From assembly GCA_046758365.1 (NCBI GenBank), contig JBHIAC010000092.1, positions 1-13,121 on the forward strand: DNA of 13,121 bases, given 5' to 3'. Position 1 is the first letter of the stretch, and the number at the start of each line of letters is the position of its first letter. This DNA comes from a bacterium. GTDB taxonomy: Bacteria; Zhuqueibacterota; Zhuqueibacteria; Oceanimicrobiales; Oceanimicrobiaceae. Below, one piece after another: positions 7,294 to 13,121 of this stretch. The notes under the pieces are model-generated. The model had not been told where the DNA came from. It saw only the letters and a list, made by a program, of their open reading frames with translations, and ran no database searches. A program made the translations under genes and the position numbers.

Positions 7294-10161
7294 TTATACA
7301 TCTGCATGAATAGTTTTAGTTAATGTCAATACGTAAATTTCATTTGCTCCTGCGCGCTGTAGAGTTTTAGCCACCTCTTCTATCGTAGCACCAGAATCAA
7401 ATAGGTCATCCAAAAGCAGGAGTCGCTTGTTTTTTAGGGTACCTTTCACGGTAAAGGCGCCCGCTACGTTGGACTTTTTTAGTACGGAATTAGTCATCTC
7501 TTTTTGTAGCCTTGTAGTTCTATTTTTGAGTAGCGTTTCTTTAAAAAATGGCACTTTGAGTCTTTTGGATACACCATCAGCAATAACGGTCATTGGGTCG
7601 AAAGCTCGTTTTCTAGAAGGCGGTACCGCTAAAATACCGTCTACTCTTTTAAACTCAGGATGCTCATCCAAAAATTTTACTATTCTATTCACCAATTTGT
7701 TGGCAAGACTTGCGTGGCCACCGTATTTAAATTGATAAATCAGCTCTCCCGTTTCGGTACGCTGCCATTGACTACCGGAGAAGCGGCTGTTGAAATCCAG
7801 AGCGTAGCCGCATTTCCAAGAGCCTTTGAGAGATTTTGGTCTTGATGAATTTAAAAACTTTTCAATCAGGTCAGTTGGGTCTAGGGCGGTATTTAAATTA
7901 ACGTCTCTTCCTAATTCAATTCTTGAATGAGTATGTCGAATTTCTGGTGCTTTATTTGTTCTGCGAGAAATTCTCTGGATCGCAGTTTTTGCCGCTTTAT
8001 TGGAAACTTCACGTGTTTTTCGGGCTTCATCTTCAACCACACAGCGAATTTCATGGTAACTTATTTCCTCAGGCAAATGCTCCTTAATAGGATTTAAAGA
8101 GGCCATGCCAACTTGCTCAATAGCCTCACGGATTTGTTGTACTCTATTGACTGGGATAATTGCTGTCACTTTCACCAAATCAAAAACAATAAGTTGACTG
8201 AAGTGTCCATAAATAGTTCCAACCGTTAAATTTCGACGCCTGGCAATCTGCTCTAGGGACAAGCCTTGGCGGAACAATTGTAAGGTCTGCTGCACCGTAT
8301 CAGGAAGCACTCCTATTTGATTCAAGGGTGAATTACTCGGTGCCGGGGTCGGAGCATTATTATACTCCAGTTGAATGGGTGTAAGCTGTTTTAATGCCTC
8401 CTCTCCTTTTGGCGTGAGATGTAAAATCGGATAATCGCTGCCTACCAGTTTTACATAGCGTTGCTTCAAAAGCTGGTCTACAAAATCTCGACACTGTGAT
8501 TGGGTGAACTGTTGCAATTTGCCGTAGTGCTTCGTCCGGTGCCACCCAAATTCAAAAATGGGTTTTGCTTTGGAACCCGTTAATATTTCAACCAATCGAG
8601 AACGCCCAACTTCTCGCTTTAAATGTTTAACGGCATGTAGAATAATCAAAGCGGTCTTTTCGGCTTCGGTATAGTCATTTTTGCTTGCATGTTTTTGGGA
8701 AGGCGTAGATTTGCGTAAAAGACAGTTATCACAGCAACGTTCCGCTTGCACGCTTCCAGTATCCCCGAAATGCTGTAAAATATAACGCCGCCGACACTCG
8801 TTACCTTCGGCGAAACGGATCATTTGATTCAATTGGTGGTATTTATATTTACGCCGTGCTTTGATTTCTTGAAAATTCAAGGAAATGTCTAACTTCTTAA
8901 TGGGTAGAATTTCGAAATTCATCATTCCAAAATCATCCCCCAGATCCCTTAAAGCATCGGCTTTCCCCAATTCCGCAAGGCCCACCCGAACTTTGGTTTC
9001 ATGAAGTCCAGTCATCCTTTGAAGGTAGCCAGAATTTATTCGTACAAAACCGTCTTGTGCCGCGTTTTTGATTAATTCATAAAGGCTCTCTAATTCTTCC
9101 TTTGTGGGCGCATCGTTTTCGATAAACCATTCCTGCAAGGCCCGGTCTTGAGGAGTATAGAGCAAAATACAGCGAGAAGGCTTGTTATCGCGGCCGGCCC
9201 GGCCCGCCTCCTGGTAATAAGCTTCCAATGTGCTGGGTAAATTGTAGTGAATCACCAAATGAATATCCGGCTTATCCACACCCATGCCAAAAGCATTGGT
9301 GGCTACGATCACCGAAGTTTCATTGTTCATAAAAGCATCTTGAATACAGCTACGATCGTATGGTTCTAACCCTGCGTGGTAGAAATCCGTTTTCCTTTTG
9401 CAAAATTGCCTCACAAATTCCGCTACCTCTTCGGCCTCTCGGCGAGTACCAGTGTAAATAATAGCGCAGTCAGAGGTCCCCTTTAAGAGTTCTTCTACGA
9501 CTCGGAGTTTAGAGGCATCATCAGGGGTGTATTCCACTTCGAAAGAAAGATTCGGCCTATTAAAACCAGTAATAATTTTTTCACACTTTTTTATACCCAA
9601 TTGTTGAATAATATCTTCTTGGACTTTTAGCGTGGCCGTTGCCGTAAAAGCCGCAACCGTTGGATTTCTTAGCTGAGAAATAACGTTTTTCAAGGTTAAG
9701 TAGTCCGGCCGAAAATCGTGTCCCCACTGGGAAATGCAATGAGCCTCATCGACAACAAATAAACTAACTGACACATCAGAAATAGCTGAAAGAAAAGTAT
9801 TGCTTCTAAATCGTTCAGGGGCCACATAAACCAAACGGAAATGACCCTGACGCATGGCCTGCATCCGCTCGGTTTGTTCAGAACTCGTCAAAGAACTATT
9901 GATGAACGTGGCCGGCTTTCCAGTAGATTGGAGCGCTTTAACCTGATCCTTCATCAATGCGATAAGTGGTGAAACCACCAGAGTAGTTCCAGAATTAAGT
10001 AGCGCTGGAAGCTGATAGCATAGAGATTTCCCCGCACCGGTGGGCATCACCACAAGGGTGTTTTGTTTGTTAAGAATATGCTGAATCGCCTCAAGTTGTC
10101 CCGGTCGAAAGCTGTCAAATCCAAAATGGCGTTGTAACTCCGGTCTCAGATTTAAGGGCAT
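7294..10161 (-). CDS. recQ: RecQ-family ATP-dependent DNA helicase fused to a C-terminal ComF-like phosphoribosyltransferase domain
   Basis: Probable start ATG 10161 (GAGG upstream; 955 aa; ORF track extends to TTG 10224). FGFDSFRPGQ, MPTGAGKSLCYQLP, VDEAHCISQWGHDFRPDY, ATNAFGMGVDK, YYQEAGRAGRD; Zn site CRRR..CCDNC; RQC-like region; C-terminal HTH; then VPPS..R and the PRPP-binding loop LLLDDLFDSGAT. Confidence 0.93.
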   Translation of the reverse strand: MPLNLRPELQRHFGFDSFRPGQLEAIQHILNKQNTLVVMPTGAGKSLCYQLPALLNSGTTLVVSPLIALMKDQVKALQSTGKPATFINSSLTSSEQTERMQAMRQGHFRLVYVAPERFRSNTFLSAISDVSVSLFVVDEAHCISQWGHDFRPDYLTLKNVISQLRNPTVAAFTATATLKVQEDIIQQLGIKKCEKIITGFNRPNLSFEVEYTPDDASKLRVVEELLKGTSDCAIIYTGTRREAEEVAEFVRQFCKRKTDFYHAGLEPYDRSCIQDAFMNNETSVIVATNAFGMGVDKPDIHLVIHYNLPSTLEAYYQEAGRAGRDNKPSRCILLYTPQDRALQEWFIENDAPTKEELESLYELIKNAAQDGFVRINSGYLQRMTGLHETKVRVGLAELGKADALRDLGDDFGMMNFEILPIKKLDISLNFQEIKARRKYKYHQLNQMIRFAEGNECRRRYILQHFGDTGSVQAERCCDNCLLRKSTPSQKHASKNDYTEAEKTALIILHAVKHLKREVGRSRLVEILTGSKAKPIFEFGWHRTKHYGKLQQFTQSQCRDFVDQLLKQRYVKLVGSDYPILHLTPKGEEALKQLTPIQLEYNNAPTPAPSNSPLNQIGVLPDTVQQTLQLFRQGLSLEQIARRRNLTVGTIYGHFSQLIVFDLVKVTAIIPVNRVQQIREAIEQVGMASLNPIKEHLPEEISYHEIRCVVEDEARKTREVSNKAAKTAIQRISRRTNKAPEIRHTHSRIELGRDVNLNTALDPTDLIEKFLNSSRPKSLKGSWKCGYALDFNSRFSGSQWQRTETGELIYQFKYGGHASLANKLVNRIVKFLDEHPEFKRVDGILAVPPSRKRAFDPMTVIADGVSKRLKVPFFKETLLKNRTTRLQKEMTNSVLKKSNVAGAFTVKGTLKNKRLLLLDDLFDSGATIEEVAKTLQRAGANEIYVLTLTKTIHADV

Positions 10162-10278
10162 GATTGCCTCGTGGGAAATTTTTAAGTTAATTTCCTTTTT
10201 GGGTGGCCTGGATAATAGTTTCAAGAAATTCGAGAAAATTCTTCATGGTTTTATTAAGGTTCCATGTCTGTCCGTGTG

Positions 10279-10312
10279 CTGAACTGACTAAAATGTCATT
10301 CAGGAGGAATCT
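10279..10312. repeat. Imperfect hairpin with GTCATTC core followed by GAGGAATCT
   Basis: CTGAACTGAC (10279-10288), 6-nt loop, GTCATTCAG (10295-10303); one bulged base; same core as 3517-3553. Confidence 0.4.
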
Positions 10313-10394
10313 TTTTAGACTCCAAGACAAAACACAACTATATAATAAGAAAATTCCATTTGGGATTCTTTGTTGATATATCTATGAAGGGCCT

Positions 10395-10685
10395 TCAATT
10401 TATTCTTTGCCATATAAGCACATCAAAACAAAGCTCTCCAAAAGCTTTTAGGTAATGTTCATTGGCCAATCCCTCAACCACCAAATCAATATCCGAATCT
10501 TCATGTACGCCCATCTCTCTTGCCACTGAGCCAATGAGATACACCTTCTTAGCTCCATATTTTTCTACTAAAATCTTGGCGCACTTCTTGACCAGTTTTT
10601 TGAGCTTTCTTAAAGTCTCTTCAGACTGCTCATCCTCGTGGATATGCTGCTTCCAGTATTCTATGTAGGGGTCGTATTTACCCAT
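10395..10685 (-). CDS. Minimal nucleotidyltransferase (MNT) domain protein, C-terminus probably disrupted
   Basis: KYGAKKVYLIGSVAR...EDSDIDLVVEGL is the GS..DxD polymerase-beta-like motif. After KAFGEL the sequence lacks the usual VDL strand and EG..L ending. Start ATG 10685 or GTG 10691. Confidence 0.75.
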   Translation of the reverse strand: MGKYDPYIEYWKQHIHEDEQSEETLRKLKKLVKKCAKILVEKYGAKKVYLIGSVAREMGVHEDSDIDLVVEGLANEHYLKAFGELCFDVLIWQRIN

Positions 10686-10687
10686 GG

Positions 10688-11053
10688 TCACAAATCGATG
10701 CCTTCTTTACAAACATTTTCATAAAAATAGAAAAATCGATCCTCGGTGAATTCGGAATTTTCAATGGCTATTGCCAGCAGAAGAACGTTATGATCGTAAG
10801 AAACTTCCCAACCGATGTCACTTAAGGTTCTTTTGTCCTCTTCATAGAATGGTTCTAAAAGCACAATAAAATCATAATCCGACTCCTCATCCGCATCGTC
10901 ACGCGCACGGGAACCATACAGAACAATCCTTTTTACCCGCTCCTTGAACGTATCTCGTACTTTTTGGACTAATTCATTTATGACGCGTTCTTCTTTCTCA
11001 CTCCATATTTTTTTAAGAGAAGCTTCCACAGCCACTCCCTTTTCACTATTCAC
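10688..11053 (-). CDS. Minimal nucleotidyltransferase (MNT/MntA-like) domain protein
   Basis: RIVLYGSRARDDADEESDYDFIVLL...FYENVCKEGIDL, a complete MNT pattern. The true start may be GTG 11029 (after AAGGGAG), since 11053 lies within the heptamer repeat. Confidence 0.88.
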   Translation of the reverse strand: MNSEKGVAVEASLKKIWSEKEERVINELVQKVRDTFKERVKRIVLYGSRARDDADEESDYDFIVLLEPFYEEDKRTLSDIGWEVSYDHNVLLLAIAIENSEFTEDRFFYFYENVCKEGIDL

Positions 11054-11097
11054 TATTCACTTTTACATTTTACATTTTGAAATTTGCACTTTACATT
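11042..11097. repeat. Degenerate heptamer tandem repeat, 8 units
   Basis: TTCACTA TTCACTA TTCACTT TTACATT TTACATT TTGAAAT TTGCACT TTACATT; exact 7-nt period, every unit starts TT; it fills the gap between the pccB stop and the first MNT gene. Confidence 0.85.
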
Positions 11098-11101
11098 TAT
11101 T

Positions 11102-12652
11102 TCACAACGGTATATTTCCATGCTTCTTTCGCGGATTGGAATCCACCTTGGTATCTAGAATCTCCAACGAACGGATGAGCTTGGTTCTGGTCTCCTGCGG
11201 TTCGATAATTTCATCTATATATCCCCGTTCTGCGGCAATATAAGGATTGGCAAATTTCTCCCGGTATTTTGCTACTTGAAGTTCCGTGGCCTTTTCTTTG
11301 TTCTCGGCCTTTGTAATTTCTTTTTTAAAAATGATTTCCACCGCACCTTTTGGACCCATCACCGCGATTTCAGCGGAAGGCCAGGCATAATTAACATCGC
11401 CGCGAATGTGTTTAGAACTCATCACGTCGTAAGCACCGCCATAGGCTTTTCGAGTTATGATGGTGATTTTAGGCACCGTGGCTTCACAAAACGCATACAG
11501 TAACTTGGCACCATTTTTAATAATCCCGCGCCACTCTTGGTCTGTGCCGGGTAAAAAGCCAGGGACATCAACAAAAGTAATTAAAGGAATATTAAAAGCA
11601 TCACAAAAGCGCACAAATCGTGCTCCTTTGATAGAAGAGTCGATATCCAAAACGCCCGCTAATACCGCTGGCTGGTTCGCTACAATCCCCACGGACCAGC
11701 CATTTAGACGACCAAATCCCACCACAAAATTTTGTGCATAATTTTCATGGACTTCAAAAAATTCGTGATCGTCTAAGGCCCTAACAATAATATCTCTCAT
11801 GTCGTATGGTTTGTTGGGATTTTCAGGTACAATGTTCTTAAGTTCTTCATCCATGCGGTTAATGTCATCAGCACATTCGACTCTTGGTGGGTCTTCCATA
11901 TTGTTTTGTGGAATATAACTTAATAATTTACGAATGGTCTGTAAACATTCAAGTTCGTTTTCTGAAATAAAATGAGCTACCCCGCTTTTGGTCGCATGGG
12001 TCTCCGCTCCACCAAGCTCGTTAAAAGTTACCTCTTCGTGGGTAACAGTTTTCACCACCTCTGGACCGGTAACAAACATAAAACTTGTTTTTTTTACCAT
12101 AAAAATAAAATCAGTTATAGCCGGCGAGTAAACGGCTCCTCCTGCACAAGGTCCCATAATTGCAGAAATTTGCGGCACTACCCCTGAAGCTAATGTGTTT
12201 CGCAAAAAGATATCTGCGTATGCCCCAAGACTCACGACCCCCTCCTGTATTCGAGCACCCCCTGAATCGTTTAATCCAATAACCGGTGCGCCAACTTTCA
12301 TAGCCAGATCCATGATTTTACAGATTTTTTGACCGTAGGCCTCAGAAAGGGAACCTCCTAACACGGTAAAATCTTGAGAAAATACAAAAACTAATCGGCC
12401 ATCAATGAGCCCGTGTCCGGTAATGACCCCATCTCCATAATATTTCTGTTTATCTAAACCAAAATCTAGACATCGATGTTTTACCAGCATACCGACTTCC
12501 TGAAAGCTGCCCTTGTCCAAAAGTAAATCAAGGCGTTCGCGAGCCGTAAGTTTGCCTTTCTTATGTTGCGCTTCAATTCGTTTTTGCCCACCACCTAATA
12601 ATGCTTCCGCCTTTTGTTTGCGCAAATATTCAATTTTCTTCGATATTTCCAT
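11102..12652 (-). CDS. pccB: Acyl-CoA carboxylase carboxyltransferase beta subunit (propionyl-CoA carboxylase beta / methylmalonyl-CoA carboxyltransferase family)
   Basis: 516 aa; [69 protein letters not shown], terminal [16 protein letters not shown]. Confidence 0.97.
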   Translation of the reverse strand: MEISKKIEYLRKQKAEALLGGGQKRIEAQHKKGKLTARERLDLLLDKGSFQEVGMLVKHRCLDFGLDKQKYYGDGVITGHGLIDGRLVFVFSQDFTVLGGSLSEAYGQKICKIMDLAMKVGAPVIGLNDSGGARIQEGVVSLGAYADIFLRNTLASGVVPQISAIMGPCAGGAVYSPAITDFIFMVKKTSFMFVTGPEVVKTVTHEEVTFNELGGAETHATKSGVAHFISENELECLQTIRKLLSYIPQNNMEDPPRVECADDINRMDEELKNIVPENPNKPYDMRDIIVRALDDHEFFEVHENYAQNFVVGFGRLNGWSVGIVANQPAVLAGVLDIDSSIKGARFVRFCDAFNIPLITFVDVPGFLPGTDQEWRGIIKNGAKLLYAFCEATVPKITIITRKAYGGAYDVMSSKHIRGDVNYAWPSAEIAVMGPKGAVEIIFKKEITKAENKEKATELQVAKYREKFANPYIAAERGYIDEIIEPQETRTKLIRSLEILDTKVDSNPRKKHGNIPL

Positions 12653-12697
12653 GATTTCCTTAATTGTTTGTCAATTTCATCAATCTTGTGTGTTAAG

Positions 12698-12726
12698 ATA
12701 ATAAAAAATAAATTTTCAAAAAGCAA
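12698..12726 (-). promoter_or_regulatory. Putative sigma70-type promoter of pccB
   Basis: Minus strand TTGCTT (12726-12721), 17-nt spacer, TATTAT (12703-12698), about 45 nt upstream of the ATG. Confidence 0.55.
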
Positions 12727-12774
12727 TAGGTTTTTAGAGTTAAAAAGTACTGGTTTCTTTTTGGCTTAAATTTA

Positions 12775-12884
12775 ATGGTAAGACAAGCTTATATCCGTGG
12801 TATGAATATACCTGTATCGCTTATCAATATGCAACTTGGCAGGCAAAGGAAGAAATGCATTCATTTACTGCTGTTGAACAATGA
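12775..12884 (+). pseudogene. DUF433-family antitoxin remnant with internal deletion and frameshift
   Basis: One frame reads MVRQAYIRGMNIPVSLI (like the DUF433 motif MGG.ACIRGMRIPVSLI); it shifts near 12825 to QYATWQAKEEMHSFTAVEQ* (DUF433-like C-terminus). The central part is missing; ATGA overlap with the next remnant. Confidence 0.75.
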
Positions 12885-13085
12885 GAATTTTAGCAGATAT
12901 GGGTAATGCACACAGTACAGTGTAATGGTTAAAATTTCAAGGTTCTGTAGCAAAACACGTACGGAAAGAATAGCTGCAAAGACAGAGTGCTAACAGGTGA
13001 AGATATAGAAAAAGGAGTCAATATTTCCATAAACGAACATCATTACCGTTCAAGAAACCTGCCGATTCTTCCAGATTCTTATTAA
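12881..13085 (+). pseudogene. DUF5615-family PIN-like toxin remnant
   Basis: MRILADMGNAHSTV*WLKFQGSVAKHVRKE*LQR has in-frame stops at 12923 and 12971; then, in another frame, EDIEKGVNISINEHHYRSRNLPILPDSY*. Both ends match the family pattern (M.FLADMG...H.R..GLQR; ..G.I..I....YR.R.LPI) and the middle is deleted. Confidence 0.78.
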
Positions 13086-13121
13086 CTAGCGTTTGAACGA
13101 AAACAGCCTTTTTTTGTCATT

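Noticed and set aside
6373..7830. Reading dprA plus the ComF-like domain as an ordinary competence locus
   Set aside because: The PRTase is fused to RecQ and lacks the ComF Zn finger, and no other competence genes are present; kept only as an alternative hypothesis.
6512..8545. ORFs 6512-6760, 7427-7735, 7660-7845 (+) and 8360-8545 (-)
   Set aside because: Shadow ORFs inside dprA and the recQ fusion.
5931..10243. Similar AT-rich motifs AAATTTCTCGAAATTT (5931-5946) and AAATTCGAGAAAATT (10226-10240) in inverted orientation around dodecin-dprA-recQ
   Set aside because: The shared sequence is short and low-complexity, with no target-site duplication or transposase; chance is a sufficient explanation, so they are not called as element ends.
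11042..11097. Possible CRISPR array or attC site
   Set aside because: Contiguous 7-nt units with no spacers, no cas or integrase gene, and no attC-like R/L box palindrome.
10462..12701. Plus-strand ORFs 10462-10668, 10944-11243, 11276-11503, 11457-11741, 11972-12187 and 12513-12701
   Set aside because: Antisense to the MNT genes and pccB; no independent coding evidence.

Overview
Bacterial window, AT-rich between genes, with almost every intact gene on the minus strand. The backbone is an acyl-CoA metabolism cluster, read right to left: carboxyltransferase pccB (11102-12652), a STAS anti-sigma-antagonist gene coupled to biotin carboxylase accC (4035-5916), the G-protein chaperone meaB (1191-2156), and a B12-dependent acyl-CoA mutase large subunit (1198 to beyond the left edge, missed by the ORF track). 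The mutase carries the isobutyryl-CoA-mutase residues (Phe/Gln), not the methylmalonyl-CoA-mutase residues (Tyr/Arg). Two co-oriented accessory blocks interrupt the backbone. Block A (about 6110-11097) begins with a heptamer tandem repeat and holds two minimal nucleotidyltransferases without an intact HEPN partner, a ~955-aa RecQ helicase fused to a C-terminal phosphoribosyltransferase (PRTase) domain and directly abutting a short DprA-like gene, and a dodecin. This RecQ-PRTase/DprA pair is the best candidate system: it resembles RqlHI/PsyrTA but has an expanded architecture. Block B (about 2176-3950) is a pile of toxin-antitoxin genes in which only one HicAB pair looks intact. A decayed DUF433/DUF5615 toxin-antitoxin pair lies on the plus strand upstream of pccB. 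Family assignments come from motif recognition by eye; no searches were run.
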